From Candidatus Thorarchaeota archaeon (lineage in GTDB: Archaea; Asgardarchaeota; Thorarchaeia; Thorarchaeales; Thorarchaeaceae), in assembly GCA_011364985.1 (NCBI GenBank), contig RDOC01000001.1:320001-384000 (forward strand): 64,000 nt of DNA. The letters are read 5' to 3'. Position numbers and translations under genes: made by a program. Of the stretch, positions 29,724 through 38,783 are shown piece after piece. Under the pieces are notes generated by a model. It worked only from the letters and a program-made list of their open reading frames with translations, was not told the origin of the DNA and searched no databases. Each line of letters opens with the position of its first letter. Position 1 is the first letter of the stretch.

Positions 29724-30171
29724 ATCTTAATGATGTGAGGAGATTTTATTAAGAGAAGGCTAAATCCTGCAGATTTCTTGTATTCAACATATTCATCGCA
29801 GTAATGAAGGATGAGCTTCTCTTCCTCGTATACAGCAGCGTCAGGGAGTAGTTACAGGCGAGGAGAACTAGTGAACATTATAATGGTTATCAAATGCAAG
29901 CGACATCGTATTCTTGCATGAATCCCATCAGTGATGAGTTCTGGCATCTGATCTGTACTCAGGCACGCAGCAGTACTTACAGACATGATTGTAGTCCAAA
30001 GAGGGCAACTTCAAGATTGAATACCGAATTCTCTGGCATTCAATGACCATTTTGAGATGGGGCACATTCCAATCTTCAACAGCTCAGCAGAAGTACATCT
30101 TGCAACCCTTGCACCAATTTTATAAGGGTCGTATACATTATTAACAATAGTTAATATTAGAAGTGGTTACA

Positions 30172-30738
30172 ATGGAAAAGAATCCTTTCAATGCAATGAT
30201 AATGTCAGAAGACACTATTGTCACTGTGAAAGAGGGTGACAAAGAGAAGCAAGTAGATGCCAAACGCGACAAGATTCGCTATGTCGTGGGTGAGAGCCAA
30301 GAGAAACGATTCGTAGATGGTGGAAACGAAACACTCAAGCCCTTGGAGGACAAGACTGTCTATCTCGTACCAGCAATTCATAGACTTCCAGGAGACCCCT
30401 TCCACTACGATGCAACAATGGTGGAGAGAGTCGCTGGAAAGCATCAACTAGATGCAGCGACAAGGCTACTGAATCGCCATCCCGCCTGCGAATCTCATAA
30501 TGTGATCGAAATCACCTATGAAAGCCCCGGTGTAGAATGCTGTACCATGACGAAGGAAGAGGCTGACAATACACAAGTACCTCTCCAATACGTCGCAGGC
30601 TACTATCTTGGAAAGAAGAACGGCCTTCTAAAGATCGCGTTGTCCAAGACTACAATAGAAGAATCGGGAAAGACATACTATGACAACATCCGGGTGATTC
30701 CGGAAGCAGTGGTCAAAGAGATGAACTGCCTGGAGTAG
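30172..30738 (+). CDS. Hypothetical protein, C-terminal domain possibly Sm-like beta-barrel
   Basis: Clean 188-aa ORF after an AT-rich promoter; VIEITY...VAGYYLG...LKIAL...RVIPEAVVKEM strand pattern. Confidence 0.7.
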   Translation: MEKNPFNAMIMSEDTIVTVKEGDKEKQVDAKRDKIRYVVGESQEKRFVDGGNETLKPLEDKTVYLVPAIHRLPGDPFHYDATMVERVAGKHQLDAATRLLNRHPACESHNVIEITYESPGVECCTMTKEEADNTQVPLQYVAGYYLGKKNGLLKIALSKTTIEESGKTYYDNIRVIPEAVVKEMNCLE

Positions 30739-30768
30739 ACATTTCGATACTGGCTCATGGAAACCATT

Positions 30769-30840
30769 GGTGAACACTCAATGCCGCAAGTATGGCTTGA
30801 TCCACACAGCCATAAGGGAGGATTCTATTGAGTGTTCACC
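30769..30840. repeat. Perfect 14-bp inverted repeat enclosing a 7-bp inner hairpin
   Basis: GGTGAACACTCAAT (30769-30782) / ATTGAGTGTTCACC (30827-30840); inner TATGGCT (30791-30797) / AGCCATA (30808-30814). Confidence 0.85.
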
Positions 30841-31041
30841 CACATGTTTTCTTCAGTCTGACAAAGGGTTCGGCTGAATCCATGTCGGAGAATAAACACG
30901 ATCTATTCATAGATGCTTAGACTTATATACGAAAACAATAGCGCCTCCTGACACTCCCTAATTGGGGGCCGGTTTTAACCATTGATTGGTAGCCACCATA
31001 TTCTCGGCCACATCCCAACGGGAAAAGACAAGGTGAAACCT

Positions 31042-31986
31042 ATGGCAAAGCCAGTTCGCTCAATGAACGAAAGGCAGAGAGGCATGAAAGTCTGTTCTAT
31101 TTGTGGCGCCGATAAATTCTACGAAGATTTGTCCCGTGGTGAGAGTATTTGCACATCGTGTGGATGTGTGATTACTGAGAGGATTATTGATAATGGCCCA
31201 GAATGGCGCGCCTTTACTTCTGAAGAAAGAGATGCCAGAGCTCGAACCGGTTCTCCTGCAACCCTTACTATGGCTGACAAGGGACTCGCAACAACCATTG
31301 GCTGGAGCGACAGAGATGCAAATGGTCGAGCAATTGCCGCAAGCTCACGTGCAGCTATTTACAGGATGCGTAAATGGCAGATTCGAACTCTAGTCCATAG
31401 TTCGCAGCATCGAAACCTCAGTATTGCCATGAGCGAGATGGACCGCCTTACTTCACAATTGGGAGTCCCCCATGAAACAAAGGAGACCTCAGCCCTCATC
31501 TACAGAAAGGCCCTTTCAAAGAGGCTTGTCAGAGGACGAAGCATTGAGGGCATGGTTGCGGCTACTATATACTTGTCATGCAGAATTCATAAGATTCCAA
31601 GGCAGCTGGATGAAATTGTGACCGAGGCGAGAGTCAACAGAAAGGAGCTTGGTCAGTGTGTCAGACTGATTCTTCGGAACGTTGATGTTAAAGTTCCAAT
31701 TCCATCTGCAAATGACCTAATGCCGAGGATATCCGCAGATCTTGGACTTGATGGCAAAACTGTACAGACAGCTATGGGAATCATAAATGATGCCAGAGAA
31801 AGAGGCATTACTGCCGGGAAAGACCCTGGTGGACTTGCAGCTGCTGCCCTCTATATTGCAGGCATTATTACCAATGACCGTCGTACTCAGAGGGAAATTG
31901 CCGAGGCATCAAACGTAACAGAGGTCACTGTGAGAAATAGATACAAGGACCTCGCAAGTAGCCTTCAAATCACAATCAAGCCGTAG
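31042..31986 (+). CDS. tfb: Transcription initiation factor IIB (TFB), paralog 1
   Basis: Zn ribbon CSIC...CTSCG, GPEWRAF, two cyclin repeats, TQREIAEASNVTEVTVRNRYK; GGTGA SD before ATG 31042. Confidence 0.97.
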   Translation: MAKPVRSMNERQRGMKVCSICGADKFYEDLSRGESICTSCGCVITERIIDNGPEWRAFTSEERDARARTGSPATLTMADKGLATTIGWSDRDANGRAIAASSRAAIYRMRKWQIRTLVHSSQHRNLSIAMSEMDRLTSQLGVPHETKETSALIYRKALSKRLVRGRSIEGMVAATIYLSCRIHKIPRQLDEIVTEARVNRKELGQCVRLILRNVDVKVPIPSANDLMPRISADLGLDGKTVQTAMGIINDARERGITAGKDPGGLAAAALYIAGIITNDRRTQREIAEASNVTEVTVRNRYKDLASSLQITIKP

Positions 31987-32064
31987 TAGAGGAAATGCTT
32001 CCGCTGTTTCTACCGCATGGCAATACCAGATTCTTTTTCAGAGTTATACACCTTCGGAAGAACA

Positions 32065-32829
32065 ATGAATCAGTTCATCGTGGCACTTTGCGGTATCCCA
32101 GCATCAGGGAAGACAATCCTAGCTAGAGTGATTCAGGAATTGCTTTCTGTTGAGACGGACGTAGTAATTGTCGATACTGACACCTGCAGAGATGAGGCGT
32201 ATTGCTCTAATTTCACTCCTGAATTAGAGAAGAAGGTAAGAAAGGAAGCCTTGAGAAGAACGGAGGAGATTGTTAAAAGCGGTCGTTCGGTCATTCATGA
32301 TGATACCAATTACTATACGAGTATGCGACACGAGCTCTATGAGATTGCGGTTAGGCATGGATGTGCATTTGGGGTAGTCTTTGTATCCACGCCACTGGAG
32401 AAATCATTGGAGTGGAATAGTCTGCGAAAAAAACCAATTCCAGAAGATGTTGTGAAACGCATCAAAGAGCGCATGAATACTCCTGGTACAAAATACACAT
32501 GGGACAGCCCTGTAGCTATTGTAAACCTAAGCAGAGAGAAGACCATAGACGCAGCGAAGAATGTTGTTGAGTCGATTCGTGATCTTTCTCTGCCAAACAT
32601 TGAAGGATCGCCAACTGCTGAGTCGAATGCTTACAACCAGATAGACTCTGTAACAAGAAGAGTAGTATCAGAATTCCTGCAGGAGTACCCATCCTACAGG
32701 TCTGACCCCAGAGTATCACGTCTCAGAAGAGAACTCCTTGTTGAGGCCAGAACTCTTCAATTGGAGGTTCGTGAAGTTGAACGGATGTTACGAGTACGTC
32801 TTGGAATTCTTGCGGACAGGACGTCTTAG
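32065..32829 (+). CDS. pstk: L-seryl-tRNA(Sec) kinase (PSTK, Kti12-like P-loop kinase)
   Basis: LCGIPASGKT P-loop, DDTNYYTSMRHELY, WNSLR and KYTWDSP; ends 5 nt from tRNA-Sec. Confidence 0.9.
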   Translation: MNQFIVALCGIPASGKTILARVIQELLSVETDVVIVDTDTCRDEAYCSNFTPELEKKVRKEALRRTEEIVKSGRSVIHDDTNYYTSMRHELYEIAVRHGCAFGVVFVSTPLEKSLEWNSLRKKPIPEDVVKRIKERMNTPGTKYTWDSPVAIVNLSREKTIDAAKNVVESIRDLSLPNIEGSPTAESNAYNQIDSVTRRVVSEFLQEYPSYRSDPRVSRLRRELLVEARTLQLEVREVERMLRVRLGILADRTS

Positions 32830-32834
32830 AAAGA

Positions 32835-32925
32835 TGGCGGCCTCCTAAGAGAATCGAACTCTCATCGCTTGCACGATCGTGGGTTTGAAGTCCACGGGGC
32901 CGGACCACCAGCCCTGTAGGAGGCC
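32835..32925 (-). tRNA. selC: tRNA-Sec (anticodon UCA), 9/4 archaeal/eukaryotic fold, CCA encoded
   Basis: 9-bp acceptor GGCCTCCTA/TAGGAGGCC plus discriminator G and CCA; 7-bp D stem GGGCTGG/CCGGCCC with 4-nt loop; anticodon loop CTTCAAA; variable arm ATCGT-GCAA-GCGAT; 4-bp T stem AGAG/CTCT with TTCGATT loop. Confidence 0.97.
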
Positions 32926-32941
32926 TTGATTCTGGATGAAG

Positions 32942-32953
32942 ATATATGAAAAT
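32942..32953 (-). promoter_or_regulatory. Putative TATA box for tRNA-Sec
   Basis: Minus-strand AT-rich ATTTTCATATAT about 17-28 nt upstream of the tRNA 5' end. Confidence 0.35.
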
Positions 32954-32977
32954 AAGCTTGAGGGTCTGAATGATGAA

Positions 32978-33628
32978 CTACAGATACCGCGCGATGACTT
33001 CGTGCGTTTCCTTCTTCCATTCAATGGTCTTCTTTGCTAACTCAGCAGCGATATTTGCGGGAGGAGATTCATCTCTGGGTAGAGATTCTATTTCTGACAA
33101 CCAACCTGATGTCGATAGCGTCAGTGAATGCAAGTCCTCACCCTGTGTTGCCTTAATCATCATTTCCCTACCGTGTGCAAGCTGAATATATACATCATTC
33201 AGTGGAGCCTTATTGAGAATTTCAAAAATGAGCCGGTCCCAGCAGGTCTTTGCAACAAGTGCACGACGAAGCTTGGCTCGTTCGTCATCTGAGATGGTAG
33301 CGAATTTCTCCAAGTGTGCATTGAGAGCGGACTCAATCGTTTCGAGGTATTCGTGAATTGCTTTCCCATTTTTGCCCCAGACAGTAATCTCCACTGACCG
33401 CTGGGCCTCTTCAACCCAAATTCTAACATCATATTTCTGGGAATCAGCATCAACAGAAAACATGGCTTTGCCTTTGAAGATCTGGCTCTCAGCCTCACTG
33501 TACTCAGTCAGAAGGACTCCTGGCTTGGATGCCACTGTATACCAAGCTAGGCGGAACACCACAGCTGAATCGGCTATCTGGTAGCTTGAAGTACGACTGA
33601 CCTCCGTCTTGTCACCGACTTCCTCCAA
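32978..33628 (-). CDS. Uncharacterised protein within the selenocysteine operon
   Basis: 216-aa ORF with GGAGGT SD and TTG start 14 nt after the SepSecS stop; lies directly upstream of tRNA-Sec on the same strand. Confidence 0.85.
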   Translation of the reverse strand: MEEVGDKTEVSRTSSYQIADSAVVFRLAWYTVASKPGVLLTEYSEAESQIFKGKAMFSVDADSQKYDVRIWVEEAQRSVEITVWGKNGKAIHEYLETIESALNAHLEKFATISDDERAKLRRALVAKTCWDRLIFEILNKAPLNDVYIQLAHGREMMIKATQGEDLHSLTLSTSGWLSEIESLPRDESPPANIAAELAKKTIEWKKETHEVIARYL

Positions 33629-33642
33629 TGGCTGACCTCCCT

Positions 33643-34968
33643 TCAGGCTTCCGAGAGTAAACCTTTGACTTCCTTATAGAGTTTCGTAGTAGCTTTCTCA
33701 ACATCACTTTTGGTAGCCCCAATTGCCGAATTCATCACGATATAGCTGTGTGGATAGTCATCGATGCAGGATCCGTAAGCGCCCATTTCAACTGCTCTTG
33801 GACCAGTGACTCGCATGTTGTAGAGTCTTCCACCAATTTCGCGGACATCCAGACCATCCATTGTCATTGCCAAAGCGACAGGGTTTTCTACTGAAAGAAC
33901 TCTTTGGCTCACTTCTTCTGCGATTTCGTCTAGTCTGCATTCAAGGTATTTCTTATTTGCCTTCTGTTCCTCTTGTAACGCTTTGTATCTTGAGAAACCC
34001 AAGGACAATAACGATGCTAAGGTTTGAACAACTGGGGCAGCTGTTGCACGTCCAGCATAGGTTTCTGAAATGGCTTCGATAGACTCTTGGTGTGGAGATA
34101 CAACGATTGACGCACCAACGGGAGTAAGGAAATTCTTATCACTGCTCTGGACAATGGCATCAACCCTTCCGGCGTCAATAGCAGAGCTTATGGCTTTCAT
34201 TACTTCGTTGGACTGGACACCGTATGCGTTATTGATTACAAACGGAATACTTGCATCCTGACAGAGTCTTGCTATTTCCTTAACAGGATCTGATTCACGT
34301 GGAGGGAAGAACGTGGTTGTTGCAAGGATAGCGACTGCTTTATTGTCTTTGATTGCCTTGGTAAGTGCGGACAAGTCAGCACAAACTGCCTCGCCCTCCA
34401 AGATTGTTGGTATTTCCATTTCCTTCAGTCCAGCCATTGCGATTCCGCGTTTAGGCGATTCATGATCAACACGCGGATAAAGGACGGTTCTTATGCCCTG
34501 TGTTCTTCGAAGCGCAGCCAGAGTCAGCGCAATTGACATGCCAGTTGAAAGAGGGGAGATGAAGCCACCTTTCACACTACCAAGGCCGAGCTTTCGAATT
34601 GCATCCAGGGCAACGCTGCTGGCTACCTGCTGCATCAGAGAGGCGCCAGGTGCCTTTGGCTGCGCTGCAGTTACATGCCCGCTCCGACCTATGCCATGGT
34701 TGAAACCACTAGATAGCATCCCGACAAAAGGTGAAGCAATCCTGGCCTCGCGTTCACCCACGCGAGCGGCTTCAGGGTCCTTGTCTGTATCCATGGATGA
34801 CAGAAGCTTCAGCAAGATATCTAATTGCTCATCTGAAAGAGAATCATCTGGAAAGACTCGACGATTCAAGACGTCTCTTATTGGTGCTAAAAATGCATCA
34901 AGGGTGATTTCACCGCGTGCTGCGATACTCGGTGGCAGAACTGCTTTCAAGCGTTCATCAGCACCCAA
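33643..34968 (-). CDS. spcS: O-phosphoseryl-tRNA(Sec) selenium transferase (SepSecS)
   Basis: MDTDKDP..ARVGEREARI, HGIGRSG, AQPKAPG, NNAYGVQ, VQSSDKNFLTPVG (PLP Lys) and YAGRA. Confidence 0.96.
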   Translation of the reverse strand: MGADERLKAVLPPSIAARGEITLDAFLAPIRDVLNRRVFPDDSLSDEQLDILLKLLSSMDTDKDPEAARVGEREARIASPFVGMLSSGFNHGIGRSGHVTAAQPKAPGASLMQQVASSVALDAIRKLGLGSVKGGFISPLSTGMSIALTLAALRRTQGIRTVLYPRVDHESPKRGIAMAGLKEMEIPTILEGEAVCADLSALTKAIKDNKAVAILATTTFFPPRESDPVKEIARLCQDASIPFVINNAYGVQSNEVMKAISSAIDAGRVDAIVQSSDKNFLTPVGASIVVSPHQESIEAISETYAGRATAAPVVQTLASLLSLGFSRYKALQEEQKANKKYLECRLDEIAEEVSQRVLSVENPVALAMTMDGLDVREIGGRLYNMRVTGPRAVEMGAYGSCIDDYPHSYIVMNSAIGATKSDVEKATTKLYKEVKGLLSEA

Positions 34969-36352
34969 AAGTCACATCCTCCGTCACAAATCTCTCATAA
35001 ATCACTTCATCTTCTTCAGAAACTGGCTCTCGAAACTCGATGCTTACAACACCTCTTGTGCCAAATGGGCTTCTAATAACTCCCTTGACACCTTTGGTTG
35101 TATATACTTCAGTACCAATAAGGGCTTCCGCAACTCTCTTGCTGGACGCCAAGCCTTGGACAAGTGCATCATCCTCTCGAAGACGGGTAACTGTGCCCAA
35201 CCGTTTCCTCCTTTTGTGTAAAACAATGGTATCAGAAATATCGGTTACTGTTCCAGCACCAATAATCCTCATCTTGGAAGGAGGAAGGTCTGTTCTTGTC
35301 AACAGGATCCTCATTCCCTTTTCCACTGCAAGAGGCTTATGCAGAAGAACAGTCAATTCAAGTTGCTTGTCGTCCACCTCATCTAGAACTACACGCTTGT
35401 TGTTAATTGATTCAAAAGGTACAATCTCAGCTGTCACTGTGGCCATGGCGACGGTTGCGCTTACGATCATTCTATTTGTGATTCTTTCTCTATAGAGTGG
35501 ATTCCTATCCAATCTTGCGACCATAATCGAAATACGTGAGAGACTTCCTGGAAGGCAGAGATAGTCGCCTCTGCTAATGCTGTCATGGCTGAGTTCTGGT
35601 ACGTTTATTCCCACTCTCTCTCCTGCACAGGCTCCTACCTTGGCTTCACCAAATGTCTGAAGGGAGCGAACCTTCCCAATTGCACCTTGGGGCATTATTT
35701 GTACCTTGTCACCGGTCGCAATTACACCTCGCTGAATCGTTCCAGTTACAACAGTTCCATGCCCCTTTATTGGAAACACATGGTCTATAGGCATGAGAAA
35801 AGAGCTGCCAGTATCACGTTTCCTTGGTTCAATAACGTTCCGGAGCGCCTCCTTCAGCTGTTCGATTCCCGCCCCAGTCTTCGTTGAAACCTGCGTATAT
35901 TCGACTCTGCGAAAGCCGGCGCCTTGCGTTATTTGTTCAATCTGATGTTTAATGGCGGACAATCTCTCAGGTCTTACTAGATCCGATTTAGTAATAACCA
36001 CAACCATTGAATCAATACCCATTGACCTAAGAATCACAATGTGCTCTCCTGTCTGTATTTTTGGACCTTCATCTGCTGCTACAACCAAAATCGCCAAATC
36101 AATGATAGATGCACCTGCGACAACGCTTCGGATTAGGTCGGCATGCCCTGGTGCATCCACCAGTGTTACAATATAATCATTAAGAGTGAACATTGTGAAT
36201 CCGAGATCGATTGTGATTCCGCGTTCTTGTGCCTGTGGATGCCTGTCTAATCCAGCTGTGGATACCTTTTCGCTAAGTGCTTTGGCTAAAGCAGTCTTTC
36301 CATGGTCTATATGTCCAACAAGGCCAATATGGACAGGAACTAGGTCCTTCAT
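34958..36352 (-). CDS. selB: Selenocysteine-specific elongation factor SelB/eEFSec
   Basis: GHIDHGKT, RGITIDLGF, DAPGHADLIRSVVAG, TKSD and IDHVFPIKGHGTV; C-terminal GVIRSPFGTRG domain IV; overlaps SepSecS. Confidence 0.96.
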   Translation of the reverse strand: MKDLVPVHIGLVGHIDHGKTALAKALSEKVSTAGLDRHPQAQERGITIDLGFTMFTLNDYIVTLVDAPGHADLIRSVVAGASIIDLAILVVAADEGPKIQTGEHIVILRSMGIDSMVVVITKSDLVRPERLSAIKHQIEQITQGAGFRRVEYTQVSTKTGAGIEQLKEALRNVIEPRKRDTGSSFLMPIDHVFPIKGHGTVVTGTIQRGVIATGDKVQIMPQGAIGKVRSLQTFGEAKVGACAGERVGINVPELSHDSISRGDYLCLPGSLSRISIMVARLDRNPLYRERITNRMIVSATVAMATVTAEIVPFESINNKRVVLDEVDDKQLELTVLLHKPLAVEKGMRILLTRTDLPPSKMRIIGAGTVTDISDTIVLHKRRKRLGTVTRLREDDALVQGLASSKRVAEALIGTEVYTTKGVKGVIRSPFGTRGVVSIEFREPVSEEDEVIYERFVTEDVTFGC

Positions 36353-36500
36353 GATGTAGCGCCTTTCATCTCAGCTGTACACTCGCATAAAACCTTGGCT
36401 AAATACGAGATTTTTGACAGTGAGGAGAGAACAGGGCGGGAAAGAGAAATCGGTGTAATGAAGCGGGCGGTTTATTGGGAGGCTTGCTGAACACAGACCC

Positions 36501-36908
36501 ATGGTCTCCAGATCTCTAGAAAAGATGGTGTTGATGGCTTTAGGACTGACAACGGTTGTCATAATTGGTGTTCCGGCCTTGATGTTCGCAGTCAACACTC
36601 TTGGAAATATCACAGACCTTGAAAGGGCTGAGGCTTTTGCAACTGGACTGATAAACGAAACACGGCTCGTCGACATTGGGACTACAAATAAGACTGAACT
36701 CGCAGTTCTCATTCCGGAGTACGTAACAATATCCGCTAGTGAAAGCACTTTGACTATCACATTCACAAAAGAAGGAATTCCAGAAACTCAATGGAAAGAC
36801 ACATTCCTACACCCTGTAAGCCTTCTTGGAAGTACTTCTGCTGGGCAGTATTCCATGACTATCAGTTTGGTTGCAGGCACAATTGAAATCGTATTTGCTT
36901 CCCTTTGA
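36501..36908 (+). CDS. Membrane-anchored, possibly pilin-like hypothetical protein
   Basis: N-terminal VSRSLE followed by a long hydrophobic helix and a beta-rich, Thr/Ser-rich C-terminus. Confidence 0.55.
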   Translation: MVSRSLEKMVLMALGLTTVVIIGVPALMFAVNTLGNITDLERAEAFATGLINETRLVDIGTTNKTELAVLIPEYVTISASESTLTITFTKEGIPETQWKDTFLHPVSLLGSTSAGQYSMTISLVAGTIEIVFASL

Positions 36909-37018
36909 GGCTGGTCCTGTCCATACTAACAGCAAAGGGACGAGAACCATTCAACACAATGTTTTTAATGCTGGCTCAAGTTCCGCGCCAATATCGCCCT
37001 TGCCGAGGACAAAATGCC

Positions 37019-38080
37019 ATGGCCGAAGACAACGAAATGGCAGAGAAGCTAGATGTTGAAAAAGAGGATGCGAAAGAGGAAGAAACATCCTCCTCTGAAG
37101 ATCTTTCGAAGAAAGAAACAAAGGAACCTTCTAGCAGATTCAAGATCAAGAACCCTGTTGGTTTCATTTTCAACCTGAGAATGCTACGTAGAGTGGTTCA
37201 GATTCTCTTCCTGTTAGGAATAAATGTGTACATCTTTGCAGCATGGGCAGAAGGCGAGCAGATCATTGCCTTTTGGCAGGCATTTCGTGATATACTTCCA
37301 ACGCTTCCGATTATAGCCCCGCTTGAGGGCTCTTTTGCCGTTCTAGCGGGCTCTTTTGACACACTTCAGCGAGAGTTCACCTCTGGAGTGTTCCCATTCT
37401 TTACCATCGGTGCCATGATTATTATCCTTGCTGTTGTTGGTCGAACGAGTTGTGGATGGATTTGTCCAATAGGAACAATTCAGGATTTCGCAACTCTGCC
37501 CAAAAGACAAAAAGCACAAGTCGGACCAGACAGCGAGAAAGACGCTCGGAAATTCAAGGTTTACGTCTTTGTGCTTACGATGTTCTTTGCTCTTTGGGTC
37601 GGGTACAGCCGAGCGTTGGATACCTCAGATACGCTTGTAGAAATACTCGGACCTTTTGCTGATGCAGCCTTCGATCCATTTAATCCGGCATACATCATAT
37701 TTGTTGTATTGCCTGATCAAGCATGGCCAACAGATATCAATACCCTCTGGTATTTCACGCAGTGGGGGTGGGCTCTTGCTCAGCTAGTCCTTGTTGCGCT
37801 TATTGTTGTTATTGCAGTTTGGTACCCCCGTTGGTTTTGTAGATGGATATGCCCAGCTGGATGGTTATATAGCGTATTTTCGCGCGATGCGCTGATTGGA
37901 ATAGGCAGAAATCCAGCAAGATGCACGCCAGATGTGTGCAATGTATGTGAAGTGGTGTGTCCAATGAATATTCGAATCAGAAGATATCCATACCAGCATA
38001 TGTACTCTCCAGATTGCATCATGTGTCTTGAGTGCAAAAGCCATTGTCCAAACAAGGCCATTGAGATAAGGTTCTCGTAA
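37019..38080 (+). CDS. Membrane 4Fe-4S binding protein (NapH/MauN family)
   Basis: RRVVQ, GRTSCGWICPIGTIQD, RWFCRWICPAG, CNVCEVVCPM and CIMCLECKSHC; several TM helices. Confidence 0.88.
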   Translation: MAEDNEMAEKLDVEKEDAKEEETSSSEDLSKKETKEPSSRFKIKNPVGFIFNLRMLRRVVQILFLLGINVYIFAAWAEGEQIIAFWQAFRDILPTLPIIAPLEGSFAVLAGSFDTLQREFTSGVFPFFTIGAMIIILAVVGRTSCGWICPIGTIQDFATLPKRQKAQVGPDSEKDARKFKVYVFVLTMFFALWVGYSRALDTSDTLVEILGPFADAAFDPFNPAYIIFVVLPDQAWPTDINTLWYFTQWGWALAQLVLVALIVVIAVWYPRWFCRWICPAGWLYSVFSRDALIGIGRNPARCTPDVCNVCEVVCPMNIRIRRYPYQHMYSPDCIMCLECKSHCPNKAIEIRFS

Positions 38081-38093
38081 GATCCAAAAGGCC

Positions 38094-38435
38094 TCAGACT
38101 TCGCTGGCACGGTCAAATCCACCTTGCACCTTCGCGAACATCTGCATTAGTTTAAGTCCAAAATCCGTGACTTTCGCGCCCCCTCCGCCTGAAGGTCCGC
38201 CCTTGAAGGTTACAAGAATCTTGACACCGAGGGTTGCCTCGATCTTGCGAATTACCCCCCATGCGTACCGATAGGACATTCCAGTCGATTCGGTGACTCC
38301 TGTAAGAGTACCCTTCTTGAGAACATGATTCATAATGGCATATGCACCAGGTCCAAATACATATTTCCCATCAAACTCAAGCCAGAGTTTGTAGTTTGGT
38401 TTCAATTTGGAGAATGTCACATCTTCATCGTTCAT
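38094..38435 (-). CDS. ModE-like winged-helix regulator (N-terminal domain only)
   Basis: KLWLE...VFGPG...GMSYRYAWG.I..IE..LG..ILVTFKGG..GGGAKVT. Confidence 0.88.
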   Translation of the reverse strand: MNDEDVTFSKLKPNYKLWLEFDGKYVFGPGAYAIMNHVLKKGTLTGVTESTGMSYRYAWGVIRKIEATLGVKILVTFKGGPSGGGGAKVTDFGLKLMQMFAKVQGGFDRASEV

Positions 38436-38494
38436 TTATGGCAGCTCCAAGGGAGTAATCAAGCTAACGGCTCCAAAAGAAGAAGAAACTCAGA

Positions 38495-38722
38495 TCACGG
38501 ACCCCATCTCATTCGTTCGCCTTTTGTATCTTTTTTGTATGCCTTCTTTACTTGTTTCCAGTGGTCGGCGCATAAGTAGGTTTTTCGTGAGCGTGCATCT
38601 TTCAGTTTCAACCCAGTTCTCGTAACACTTTCTGCAATACGTACAGTGGCAAATGACCTCTTTGATTCGTTGTTGCAACCGGCAATGCTGCATATCTTAT
38701 TTGACGACGACAAATTCCTCAC
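38495..38722 (-). CDS. Small archaeal Zn-finger-like conserved protein
   Basis: CSIAGC...YLCADHWK (C-x4-C / C-x2-H) pattern and basic C-terminus. Confidence 0.7.
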   Translation of the reverse strand: MRNLSSSNKICSIAGCNNESKRSFATVRIAESVTRTGLKLKDARSRKTYLCADHWKQVKKAYKKDTKGERMRWGP

Positions 38723-38783
38723 TCATTGTCAGCTCCGAAGAGCATCATTATAACTATGACGGCCAATCACATTGAACTGGATT

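Noticed and set aside
29931-29951. GTGATGA-10 nt-CTGA box C/D half motif
   Set aside because: No convincing second box pair or terminal stem, and too short to distinguish from chance.
29868-30098. Minus-strand UGA-readthrough ORF MYFC-U-AVEDW...HH-U-WDSC as a possible selenoprotein
   Set aside because: It resembles no selenoprotein family I know, I see no SECIS, and such frames arise by chance once UGA is allowed.
34493-35495. Long plus-strand ORFs (242 and 151 aa) opposite SepSecS and selB, and similar antisense ORFs elsewhere
   Set aside because: They are shadow frames of well-supported genes on the opposite strand.
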